Positions 49,459 to 64,000 of a DNA stretch of 64,000 nucleotides are shown in pieces. Under the pieces are notes generated by a model, which did no database searches, had not been told where the DNA came from, and saw only the letters and a list, made by a program, of their open reading frames with translations. The DNA lies in contig JAMDHS010000008.1 of the NCBI GenBank assembly GCA_029717555.1, positions 62,001 through 126,000 of the forward strand. The letters are read 5' to 3'. This DNA comes from Peribolospora baueri. Lineage: Eukaryota. The translations under genes and the position numbers were made by a program. Each line of letters begins with the position of its first letter. Within the stretch, counting starts at the first letter, position 1.

Positions 49459-52175
49459 TCAGCCCCTCGCCCGCTGACCCGGACCCCAGTTAGGTTGGGG
49501 ATTCTCCTGGTACCGCACAAGATTCCGTCGTTCTGCCAGGCGCTCGGCTTCCGGGTGGGCGGTGTCGAGGTCGAATTCTTTCCTGTAGGCGCGTGATGCG
49601 TTCGTGTGGGGAGATTAGGGAATGGAAAGGAGAGAAAAGGAAGTCAAGGGAGGGGCGTAGAGAAGGGGCGGAGGAAGACGGATGGCACCAGGGACAACGG
49701 GCCTGCTTTTTCTTTTGGATAACTCACATGATGCCTTTCTCCAACATCTTCTTAGCAGGCGCGCCCTCCTTGATCTTGTCTACCCTTACCGGATGCTGCT
49801 TGATCCAGCATCGCATCAGGTCAAAGATTTCGGGCCGGGTAGCGTCCGTCTTGAGCGAGCCAGCAGAGGCATGGGAGCGGGAGAGTTTGTAGCCTGCGTT
49901 GAGAAGGCCGGAGCTGAGAAATGAAATGAAGGGTATGAAGATGAGCGGGATGTTTGTCAAGGGAAAGCTATGAGGGACACTCACGCGACCACCGGCAAAG
50001 GCGGACAGACACAATGGAAAAGCCCAGCGACCTTGCCCGGTGTGAAGTAGAAAGGTGCGTCGATCTCCTCCATGGCGGTGTTGAGCATGCCTTTCATCCT
50101 CAGCTTGGTACCGTACGTCTTGCCCTCCCGTTCTGCCCGTTCCAGGTTGTCCAACATCTTAGCCACGAACGCTCGATCATGGAGCGGACCGGCCCACATG
50201 GGCCCGGCGACGTGCATGGTGCTCCCACACTCCTCGCACTTGCCGTCCATTCCAACTGCGGGCGGGCCTTGCGCAGAGTGATACTTGAAATTGACCGTCC
50301 CTTTAACCTCGTTCTTGCTCTCACTCACCCGGCCCAGAGGCTGGAGGTGGAAGTTTTGGCAATGATGGCACGTGTAGACGGTGGCCGTCTTGGAGTAAAG
50401 ACGCTTCACCTCGACAGGGGAGGAATAGACGCGCACGAAGATTCGCACGTAGAAATCGATGGACAAGGAGAGGAGCGGGACGATGTGCCGACTGTAGCGT
50501 GCTGCTGAGGTGGAGATGGCATGAAGGACGAGACGGAGGGCCTGCAATGGACGGGGACACGCATCGTTGGGTTCAGCCTCTTGTGTGAAGAGACTAAGGT
50601 AAGGCTAGGACTCGTGGCGCATTCCTACCATTTCGTGCGAGTACTCAGCCTTGAGAGAAACTCCACCATAATTCGCGTAGCTGTCAATCGAAGTGAACGA
50701 ACTTGGTCTGCATTTGTTCTGGAAAGTGAAGCTTGCGAGAGGCAGAGCGTAGGAAAGACGCACCATTTTTCCGGATAGTTATGACCAGCAAGTACGGCAA
50801 GGTCTGTACAAGTGACGCAGAGCAAGCCTAAGGGCGACATAAGGTAGACAACAACGGCGGAATTAGCCACGAGCCTGCTGGTGATTGTCTCTAAAGAAGG
50901 GAAAAACTGTTCGTTGTGCAGCGCTTACCTCCATCTGACACACTTTGAAGAGCAGCGTCAAGGAAAGGCGCGGCAGTTCCGTATGGATCGAGGTCCACCA
51001 CGTCAAAGCGCGCTGTGCCGACCCGGTGCTGGTACATCAGGGCGCTGGAGATGGCGAGCATGCATCGTATCACATCAACCCGCTGCTCTGTTAAAAAGTC
51101 GACGCAAACCAAGACAGAAAAGCATGCTCACCAAGCATCGCCGTGATTCACTCGCACTTTCCCACCGGCGGCCTCCCCCGGCAGATTGCGGCCCTTGCCC
51201 TTGTCCTTCGTTCGCGGCTGCTCGAGCTGGTGCTGGACATCGGGGTTATCCACGGGCGCACCTTCTCCAGCCGCCTCTTTCATGGTCTCCATCTCCACGT
51301 CCGCGCCGTTCCCTTCTTCCGCCTTCGCTTCTGGCTCTACTTCGTGCTGCTCCTCGGCTTCAGGAAAGTTCAGAGCGATATTGCGCCGCATGGCCTTGAC
51401 AGCACTTTCGGAAAGGTCGTTTGCAAGAACCCATCGGAGAAGAGGTATCTCCTTTGCGTAGCGAATGGAGCGAAGGCCAGTTGCTGAGAGTGCTTCGAGC
51501 AGGGTGAAACGATAAGGGCGAAGAGTGGGTTCCCGCGGCGAAGATGTGGCCATCTCTGCGGCGACGGTATCTGACGCAGGGAGAAAGAAATGAGAACAGG
51601 TAAGAAAGCGAGGACAGAATGTAGTGACATCGTCTCCACTCACCAAGCTTCCTTCGCTTCGCTTCTGGCTCTACACTGCCTTCGTTTGCCCTTCCCGCCG
51701 ACTCTCCGACGCTCCCATTCTCGCCCGGTAGAGCGCCGCTTTCACCGGCCTCATCAAGCTCCCCCGCTGGTTTCTGATCCTTAGTTCCAGGCCCCTTTGC
51801 GTTCTTCCTCTTCTTAGCCTCCCACTTTCTCTTCTTCTCCTCGTTCAGAATCTCGCTCCACGTGCGAATGGCGAAGATGCTCAGGTCGCGGTTGAACTCT
51901 TGGACCGGGTTGAGGAAGGCGACCCTGTTGGTGGGCAGAATGATCGAGGAGGTGTTCTCGGTGAACACCGTCTCCTTCGGACCAACGGAAGGGTTAGGAG
52001 CGCTACCTTGAGGCACGGGAGACAAGGAGGAATCTTCAGCCGCCATGGCGAGGAGAGGGTGGGAGTATGTCGCTGTCGCCTTCTGACGATGAGGAGGCCA
52101 GCCGGGGAGCGTCCGGGACTTGTTGCGGAGGCGGACGAGGGTTGAACGGTGGCTGAGCGGGAGGAGAGCAACCAT
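49459..52175 (-). CDS. TRM1: tRNA (guanine26-N2)-dimethyltransferase, multi-exon; in-frame ATGs at 52175 and 52046
   Basis: [73 protein letters not shown], zinc-binding CHHC...[16 protein letters not shown]. Confidence 0.96.
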
Positions 52176-52612
52176 GCAGCGCCAACGCTTGCCTCTGTCA
52201 ACCGAATGCCTGTCAGCTGTCCGTCGTTTCGAAGATACTGGAGATGCTCAGCTGAATGAGTGCAAACGGAGAGCAAACAAGACACGACGAGGCTTAGAAG
52301 ACTCGAAAATGACTGCGGCAAGTGTCGTTGTCCGTCTTCAATCCGTGGCGAGCTGCTCGCAACATTGATCCAGTCCTCAACCCAACCACCATCCTCCTTC
52401 TGTCCAAGGCGCTTTAGAGTGGCAAACGTTCCAGTTGGTGAGCAACAAACGGGCACAGGAGGCGCTCTCCATTTGCTCCGTCGCGCCAAGTGGGAGAAGG
52501 ACACCTTCGCTCACAGCCATCTGTTCTGTTCCTACCATATTTTCCTCGATCGCTCCCTTTCTGCCGACTGCCTTCTACGTTGCCCTTTTGCCAGCTCAGC
52601 TCTTTCGCGACC

Positions 52613-55655
<3,043 letters not shown>

Positions 55656-56435
55656 AGTGCGGAGATGGGCTCGGTAGGCGGTCCCACATGAACCGTATGC
55701 TACATACGTTGATTCGGTCGGTCGCTCGATCACTCGCTCGTTCGACTTTTTGTGCCCGGCGTGTTGTTTAGAAATGGCAGCTGAAGGGGTTTGAACGACT
55801 TGACGGAGACTTGGCAATTGGGCGCTGGTCTGTCTCCTTGACGGACGTCTTGGCGGTCCCTACCGTCTCGGAACATGCCCCCCGTGACCGGGGCATAGGC
55901 GGGGCGCTAGTGATCAGCGCCAGCGCCACCGTCGACCGTTGCTGCGGCAGGGCTGAGATGAAGCCGCCTGGGCCGCCGGCCGTCGATCGTCTGTCTCCTC
56001 GACGACGAAGGTGGAGCAACCGATTGACTGACCGCTCATCGACGGACTGACTAGTTTGGGCACATTACAGCACCCGCTCCGATAAGCACTTGATCATCGC
56101 CCCACTAACCACCCTCCGCGCATCGGCGATTTACGTTGGACGGACGAGGTGGAGGCGCCCGCACTAGCTACAGCACAAAAAAACTGCATACATAGCCTCA
56201 TCATGGCCGCCATCGATGCCATCGCCTCACCCGAGCCCGCTCCTCGTCTCGACCGCCTCCCCGACAGAAGGAAGAAGGAACACTTTTCTTGGAGTCCGCC
56301 CCACGCTCTCTCGCTCCTCTCCTCTCTTCTTCGCGCAGCCCCTCTGCTCTCCTCGCAGCTCCTCTTCGCCCGCACAACGCTGCCCTCTGCCAGCAAGACG
56401 CCGCGAGCAGCCGACGCAAGAGACGAACGGACCCC

Positions 56436-58354
56436 ATGCGAGTCTCTTCCCTCCATCGCCTTGCCCTCGCCGGCCTCGCCGCCGCCGCCTCGCCATCCCT
56501 GGCCACACCCGTTCGTCGCTCGGGCGCCACAAGCTTGGACATCACCTGGGAGAAGACGGGTTCCGTCGAGTTTGCAGACTATGTCACCAAGCTGAGCGCG
56601 TGAGCAGCCCCCTTCATTTTCCTCGGTCTCCTCGCAGAGCCCGCGAAGGAAAAAAAAAACGAGAGGCCGCGATGCGATGTAATGCAAAACAAGGCAGGCA
56701 GCTCATCGTCCGGTCCCTGTCATTCCAGCAAACGCATGCGCACGGCCTCCCACACCGCGTCTACCCGATCTGCCAAATCGGGCGTCCCCTCCGAAACCCC
56801 TCTTTTCCTTGATAATGTGCGTCATTCACCCGGCCCAGTTGTTTCGACGGCAGCGGGGAGAAGAGTCAGGCGGGACTGGGAAAGCGTCCCGTCGGTCTCG
56901 CGGCTCAACGTCTCCTTTCTTTTTCCTCCGCCTTACTTGCACCCCATCCTCCACCAACAGGGTTTCTGGTTTAGCAACTTCACTATCGGCATCCAGAGTC
57001 TCACCCTCCTCATCGACACCGGCTCCTCCGACTCCGTGCTCAACCAGGGTGTCTACGAGCCAGGAAGCACAAGCCATGATCTGGGGAAAACGTTCTCCGT
57101 CGCTTACGTTAGTCCTCCGTCGGTCGCGAGCAGACCGCGCCCGCAAGTCGTCCTTTCTCACCCTCATTCCTTCCCTTTTTCCGTCGTCGTGTCCTCCCTA
57201 CCTACCTTCACCAGGAGACGACCAACCCCAACGGTAGCGGGTCAGAGGTCAGTATTCCCTGATATGTATGTCACTAGACATGTCATTTGACTGATATGGT
57301 ATCGTTCGATTCGAATCCGCGCGCAGTCTTTCAACGGCGATCAGTACACCGACACCATGTCCTTCGGCGGCCTCACCGCGACAAACCAGACCATCGGCTC
57401 CGTCACCTCTGGCGACACCTTTCCAAAGCAGGGGTGAGCGCGATTGCTTGAGCTGCTACTCCAGCTAGCGCTCGTCCCGCTTTGCCCATCAGAGGCAGAG
57501 CCGACGGCTGAACACGTCTTCTCGCTCTCTCCTTCTCCCTCCTCCCCCCTCCCCCCCCCACCAGTCTCGTCGGCTTCGGCCCCCCGTCTTCCTCAGCCTT
57601 CCCCGCGACGCCTTTCTTCAGCAACCTCTGCGAAGGTGGCCAAGTGTCAGCGTGTGTGTTCGGCCTAGCCCTCGGCACGGACAAGACGGGCAAGATGGCC
57701 CTTGGCGGCACCGACTCGAGCCTCTTTTCTGGCTTGCTCACTCAGGTCCCTTATTCGGACGACTATGTCATTTCCGCCGCGACCGCGGCGGGCGGCAAGC
57801 AGGTGGACTCGAACGTGTCGATCGACTTTGACGACGGCACCAGCGTCGTCTTCGGCCCCGTCAGCCAGGTCGAGAACCTCTTCAAAGCGGCCGGCATAAC
57901 TCCGGTCACCTCAGGGGGCCGCACGACGGGCAACTATTCGTGCTCGAGCCCGCCCCAGCTCGGATTCCTCATCGGCGGCACCCAGTTCAACATACCTCAC
58001 TCCGCGCTCGCATTTTCCAGCGACGGAGATAACTGCCAGGCGAGCGTGTTCGGCTCGGACGCGTTCGGCCAGACTTGGCTCGTCGGGCAGGTGAGTGACG
58101 GACGGGGAAGCGCGTGTCGGAAATGGGGTGGTGCCAGCTAATCCTAGTCGCTTCCTCTGGCCATCCATTCCCGCCTCCCGATCCACTAGCCCTTCTTCCA
58201 AGGCCATTACGTCGAGCAGGACCAGTGAGCCTAACCTGCCCTTCCATCGTACTCGTCCGTCCTTCTCACCACCGCCCCTCTCTTCTCTGACCCCTCGCTT
58301 CCCTTCCACCTGACCAGGACCAACAACCAGATGGGCTTCGCCGTCCTCAAGTAA
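56436..58354 (+). CDS. Secreted pepsin-like (A1) aspartic protease, multi-exon
   Basis: Signal peptide MRVSSLHRLALAGLAAAASPSLA, LLIDTGSSD, GLVGFG, second lobe IDFDDGTSVVFGP, YSCSSPPQLGF, WLVGQ|PFFQGHY, QMGFA*. Confidence 0.88.
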
Positions 58355-59046
58355 CTTTCCTCCGTCCTTCGTCCCTTTTCCCCGTATTCCCCCGTACCCC
58401 GTCTCGCTTTGTCCCCGCCGCCGTCCCTTTGCGATCGCCCGAGCCACATCTTTACCCGCTTTGCCTTGCTTTGCTATGTTTGCTATGCTCGGCTCTGCGG
58501 CCATGCCCTCCATGAATGAATAAACGAGTGAAGTCATCCGACGATCTTCTGTATCTATCCATTTCCGTGTGCATCAAGGAAGGAGAGTCGTCTGTGGAAG
58601 GTGGACAGGGAAAGAACGGGATGGTCGTCGGTCGATACGACTACGACAGGCTTGCTTGCGGATGTCTCACGTCCCCTCCATCGACGCCCCATGGATGGGA
58701 GAAGATAGACAGTCCCCGGAGGCCGCGCCGGATCTCGTCCGTTGACGGAACGAGCGCTCCGATTCCGAATGAGGAGAAAAGTCGGGGCGGCGAAGAAGAA
58801 GAAAGAGGTGCGGAAAAATGGGACAGCCGAGCGTGCCGCAGTCGGGCGGCGGCTGGCTGGTCGGAACATCCTTTCACACGTATCGACGAACCTCGGTTGG
58901 GCGTCCTTCCCAAATCTCTTCCCCCTTCCTTCCGCCTTCCCTCACCCCAACTTTAGACGCTCGCTCGCTCCGCCTTCAACCTCGTCAGGCTATACCGAAC
59001 AACCCCGTTCACTCCTCTTCTCGAAGCGATCCCCCTCCCTCTCACC

Positions 59047-60494
59047 ATGGCCGAAGAGACTACTAAAACGCTGACCATCGACGACCTCAAGGCGCACTCC
59101 AGCGCCGAGGATCTCTATCTGCTCATCAGTGGCAAGGGTGAGTCGGCGGCGTCGTACTCTTGAGCTTGCGCGCGCTATGTCCGAATGGATCGTGGGTGGT
59201 GCTTGGAGACAATGTGGAAGAGCACACGGGAGGCGCTGAGACTGGCGCCGGAGGAGTAGAGACGATGGTGTTGAGGGTGGGCCGGACGACGGCGCTAGCT
59301 GGAGGTCTACCGATGTTCTACGCGAGGACGGACGGAGACATACAACGGTTCGGTGCGCTGGGTACGGCGCCTCGTAGTCATTCATTCTCCTTTGCAATAG
59401 CGCATGCATACCATGCCTGGGCCAGGGTCGTGACGTGCACGCTCCCCAACGAACGAACGACCTGTGCTGACCTCCCTTCCACACGGCACGCCTCTCTTTT
59501 TTTCACCCCCCTCCTTCATTTCCAAGTCTACAACGTATCCAAGTTCATGGACGAGCACCCGGGTGGAGACGAGGTGCTCATCTCTGAGGCTGCCAGGGAC
59601 GCTACCGAGGCTTTCGAGGGTGAGCTTTCCGGTCTTGCTACCTTTGTCCGTCATGGAAGGATGGGTGGGGTATGTGTCGGTCGAGCTGGTCGACTATCGG
59701 ACGGTGGCGAGGAATGGAAGGTTGAAGGATGGGTGGACCTTCTCGTTGCCCTGCCTGTCGCTCACCGCCGGGCGAGGACCGTCTTGCTCTGCCGACACGT
59801 TTCTGGAACGGCCTGCCGTCGGCCGTCATCTTCTTTCCCGCTTGTTTGCTCTTTCTGTCCGTCTCACGTCGTCGCCTTACCTCGGCGCTTCTCCTCTCCA
59901 TCCCTCAGACGTTGGCCACTCGGACGACGCGCGCGAGATCCTCAAGACGCTCTACGTCGGCGACTACAAGGGCGACGTGAGTCGCCATCTTCCTCTCGTT
60001 CATATCTAGCACTTCTTTTCTTTTCTTTTTTTTTCTCGGCGCGTCCCTTTTTGCCATGACCGCCAGGTTCTGATCGTTTTGGCTGGCTTTCCCTTCCCCC
60101 CCCCCCCACGCCTCCATGGGCGTCCTTCTTCATCTTTTTCTTGTCCCACTTGGATCCGAACAGGAGTTCGGCAAGGCGCACGCTGTCAAGCCCAGCTCGA
60201 CTTCCAACTCTGCGAGTGCTTCTAGCAAGTGAGTCGATGTGGACGCGCGTCCCTTGCCTCGTCCCTCCTTTTTTGGTCTTTCGGACGGTGCTCGGAACGG
60301 TTGGGCCTCCTCTCCGGCGGGTTGTTTCTGCGTGCAGCGAGTGAGCACGCGTTGGCAGCGTTCGAAAACTGACTCGATGGCTCGCTCTTTCGCGCCCCTC
60401 CGCCTTGTTCTTATCCAGCAGCTTCGTCTACCTCGTTCCTCTCGCCGCTTTGGTCGCCTACTTTGCCTACCACTTCTACACCACCTCCCAGTGA
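59047..60494 (+). CDS. CYB5: Cytochrome b5 (tail-anchored), five exons
   Basis: [26 protein letters not shown]...[19 protein letters not shown]...; C-terminal [18 protein letters not shown]. Confidence 0.95.
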
Positions 60495-61103
60495 CGTTCC
60501 TCTTGCTGTCGCTGCTTTTATCCCCCATGAGATTTTTTTGAAGGAGGCGAGCTCGCTTTCAGTCCTCGTCGCTCGCTAGCTTGTCGGCCGGTCGGCCGGA
60601 TGGATGCATTCGATGACCGTTTGTTTAGAAAAAGCGAATTGGATTGAAGTCGCTTGAGCATGTGTCCTTGCGCGAGCTGAAGCCTGCCGGTGTGTGTGAC
60701 CGAAGAAGGAACGAGCAGCTGAGGGGTCGTCCCCAGGGCATGTACTGGGCGAAGACGACAGCGGCGCGGGGTTAGAAGACGCGCGAGCGACTGCGGCGAG
60801 CTGGTGTTGGCTTTCCTCCCAGCTCATCTTCGTCGATCACCCGCCTCGAGCACCATCCATCCCTCCATCCACCACATCCACCTCCTGCTTTGCCTCTTGT
60901 CATTTTCATCGCCGCCCGCGCTGACCGGAGAGCAGCCGCCTGCTTGGCGTATCTTCCACTCGCATTGAACTCGCAGGGGCGCGCGTTTCAGCCGGGTGTG
61001 TGACAAACGAAGACCCTCCCGCGCCTTCGTCTGCGCGACGCAACGCCGACGCCCTTCACACGACCGGCCGAGCAGGCTGCGACGACGACGATAATAACAA
61101 GGG

Positions 61104-64000
61104 ATGATGAACAACACCCCCGTTCGCCCGGTCTCGTATCCTGTCTCCCAGCCCCCGACTTCCATCCCCTACGCCCGTCAGCAACATCACCCGCGGGCGC
61201 ATCCGCCTCAGTACGGCCAGTATCAGCACCAGTACCATCACCCACAACCCGTCACGCCTCGTCCAGCTCCTGGAGGTCTGCCCTATCCAGGCTCAGGCCC
61301 GTCTGCCGCTCCTTTTGTCTCGCACAGTTATGTAGCCGCGCCCGTACACCCAGCCTCGGCGCCAGGCCCCGCGCAGGGTAGGACATTCTACGGCGGCGCG
61401 GGCTCAGCGCCGATGACATCCACCCCTGTCGCCTCTACTACTGGCGTGCCGTCCGGGAGAGGAAGGAAATCGGCCGCCGCTCTCGCCGCCGCCGCTCAGG
61501 CTCACGCCGCAGCGCATGGTGGCATGGTGGGCCCGCCCGGCGTTGGCCTTGGTGGCGGTGGAGTTGCGCCGGAGCCGGCTGCCGTCAGCAAGGCTAGGGC
61601 ACCGCCAGATGGAGTGGAAGGTGAGTGAGGATGAAGAGATACGATGCCCTCCCCGGGCCGTCCTCCGCCCTTTTCCGTCCAATTTCTTGCTTGCGTGGCG
61701 TCGCGTCATCTGTTCGTGGTAGGTTGACTCGGTTTCCGCTCCTTCCTCGCTCTCGTCCCAGTAATGTATCTCGAAGCCGGCCCCTCCAACCGGTTCACCC
61801 TTTCCTTGCGCTCTGGCATTCCCACACAAGTGGACTGGGCCCTCTCCCGTCTCTCCCAGTACACTTTTCAGCGCGTCGACCAGGTCCTCCTTCAGGACTT
61901 TGGCGGTCTCACCGATAGTTTGATGGAGTGGCCTCGCATCTGGGTCAACGCTGTAACGGGCGTTGCAGACGTGGATGGCACGTCGGCCGCAGCGGCGGCG
62001 GACCAGCACCTTGATTTAGATGCAGGCAAGGAAGCCGAAGCTGAAAAGAAGAAGAGGCCAGACGCAGGAGGAGGAGAAAGGGACCGGAAGCGGCTCCGTC
62101 TGGACTCTGTCACCGTCGAGGACCCCGTGGCTCGCTCGTCCCACGGCGGTTGCGCATCCTCTCGTTCTGCTGTCGATGCCTTGCCCCTTCCCCCGTCCGG
62201 CCGCCTTCCTGCGGCCGATTCTGCGACGGTAGCCAGGAGAGCCCTCGAATCCGCCCTCGTCCTCCGGAACGCCTCGCTGGAGCCGCGGAATGCTCGGTTC
62301 CTTGCCTCGTCGTCAACGCGGGGCTTTCATAGCCTCGTCAAGGACGTGCTCAGCATCGTGGAGGTGGAACGAGGAGAGGCGATCCGGACCGGTGTGGGCG
62401 CGGTGGGGAGGACGACGCCACAGGCGTTGAAGGAGAGGGTGTTTGGCCCTGACGAGGGACGCCGGCCAGGCCAAGGCGGTGCCTCGAGCGACACCGATCG
62501 CGTTGAGGCGGCCTCGGTCGGGAAGAATCTGGACGAAGCTCTGTTGCGCGCCATACCGGAAATGAGACTCTACTTCCTTGAGATCCTCGAGGCGATCGGC
62601 AGCAAGCTTAGCCTCGTCTCTCGCGCGCCCGCTTTGGCCCACCCTGCGCCAGTGCCTGCGCCGGCGCCTGCTCCTGCCACCGCCGTTCGGCAGGATAAAG
62701 CTGCTTTGACGGACAAGGAAAAGGAAAAGGAGAAAGGATCGGCGGACCGAGGGGCTCTGGCGGGGGCGGCACCGACGACGACCGTCAAAGTGGCAGACCC
62801 GCTGCTGGCACGCTTGATCGAGTACGCCACTAGCTCGGATAGGGCGGCGAGCTTGGCGGCTGTGAGGAGCTTAGCGGCGCTTGCGGCCAATGAGAGGAAC
62901 GAGAGCGTGTTGATCGAAGCCGAGTCTGGCGCTGGCGGGGTCGTCGTCAGTGGGGCTGAGGAGGAGAAGCGTCTCGAGGGGGGGAGTCGTACGATTTCCG
63001 CTCTCCTTCGACACCTTCTTATCCTCCTGCCTCTCCTTCCCTACGATCAAGAGCTCCTCTTTGCCGGGTTGGAATTGCTGTACCAGCTCGTCTCCATCCC
63101 TGCCAACGCCCTCCGTCTCCTCTCTCACCCGGCCTTCCGCACGCTCGTGCGCCCGAGCGTGCGCATGTTAGTAAAAGCCCTCTGGCAGGAGGTCCAATCT
63201 CGCTCGTGGGAGCTCCCGTTTGCCGGCGGGCCCTCGTCGGTCGGACAAGGACGAGCGGGGGAGGGGCAGCACGGGCAGGCTGGCCAGCAGGAGCCAGAGG
63301 AGAAGAGGATACAGTTGACGGAAGAGGAGATGGCGAAGCTGGGCGAGATGCAGGAACCGGAGAGGGCTTTGGAGTGGTGAGTCGTCTGATCGGGAAGGGG
63401 GTTTCATCCTTGTGCGCCGAGTTGACGCTGGAACACGCAATTCACTTGGCACACCGTCTTTCTTTCTCTCCAGGATGCGGGCCGTCTTCGTCTCCTCTGC
63501 CGATGACGCCATCACGCAACTAACGTTTTGGAATGCCTACCGGACAACGTTTGCGCTCAACTCTGTCCGCGCTCCGCTGCTCGCCGCGGCGGACCTGATC
63601 AAGAACGTGACGCGCGTGTTCAGCGGGGCCATGGCCATGGTCGAGCAACAGCCGCCTCAGGCTGGCGCGCCGCCGGGTATGAAGCCGACGCAGCGGTTTG
63701 TGATCAAGGGGATCAAAGTCAGGGATCAGCGAGGTGAGCGGCGGTGGAATCGATTTCACGTGGCCGAGGGTTTGGAGTACATTCGGATGACTTAAAAGCG
63801 GTTCGGTGCTTCGTTCCGCGCAGATCCATATCGCACGTTCAAGTGTCGTTGGCGTGGCTCGTGCGCGTCACGGCAGAACACGTCGGTTGGGGCGTTGGCG
63901 AAGCACGTCCGGGAAGAGCACGTGTACGGGGATGGAGAGGAGGAGGTAGGACGGTGCGGATGGATGCACTGTCCGTACGTTGCGCCTGACGACAAGGACA
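61104..64000 (+). CDS. RSC9: RSC9-like chromatin-remodelling subunit (ARM-like region, RFX-type winged helix, C2H2-like fingers); 3' end runs off the window
   Basis: NRFTLSLRSGIPTQVDWALSRL, ALVLRNAS, PERALEW|MRAVF...ITQLTFWNAYRTTF...AADLIKNVTRVF...FVIKGI, FKCRWRGSC...HVREEHV. Confidence 0.8.

Noticed and set aside
57296..57325. GTTCGATTCGAATCC, resembling a tRNA T-loop
   Set aside because: It lies at the 3' end of a short protease intron, with no cloverleaf or A-box. No tRNA or rRNA was recognised anywhere in the window.
59138..59526. Unusually long first intron of cytochrome b5 as a possible snoRNA host
   Set aside because: No convincing box C (RTGATGA)/box D pair with a terminal stem, and no H/ACA arrangement seen.

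Overview
GC-rich, intron-rich fungal genomic DNA. Gene content, GT(G/A)AG donors, CTRAC branch sites and low-complexity protein insertions suggest a basidiomycete, probably Ustilaginomycotina (inference). About 21 protein-coding loci are recognisable: ERG2 (3' end outside the window), MOD5/tRNA-isopentenyltransferase, MAG1-like glycosylase, an orphan 2-TM protein, a UPF0052/CofD-YvcK-like protein, PUB1/TIA-1, pantothenate kinase, UGO1, a TenA/PET18-like protein, an SMP-30 lactonase, an MFS sugar porter, UTP21, RRP6, an ERCC6L2/Rad26-like SNF2 ATPase, PEX13, TRM1, PRP43, an A1 aspartic protease, cytochrome b5 and an RSC9-like protein (3' end outside the window). Scrambled Ty3/Gypsy remnants lie between ERG2 and MOD5. 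The most novel observation is a small spliced gene at about 16.6-17.05 kb that the ORF track does not show in full. Removing one canonical intron gives a 12-Cys, metallothionein-like protein ending CGNTTCKCYKNAERWCPCPTPCLCW. Other points of note are dual-ATG presequences on both tRNA-modifying enzymes, a DDG second catalytic motif in the protease, alternative 5' options in the TenA gene, recurrent CACGTG boxes in promoters, 18-nt micro-exons and frequent AAG acceptors. All calls come from manual reading and motif recognition; no database searches were run, and exon boundaries are approximate unless stated.
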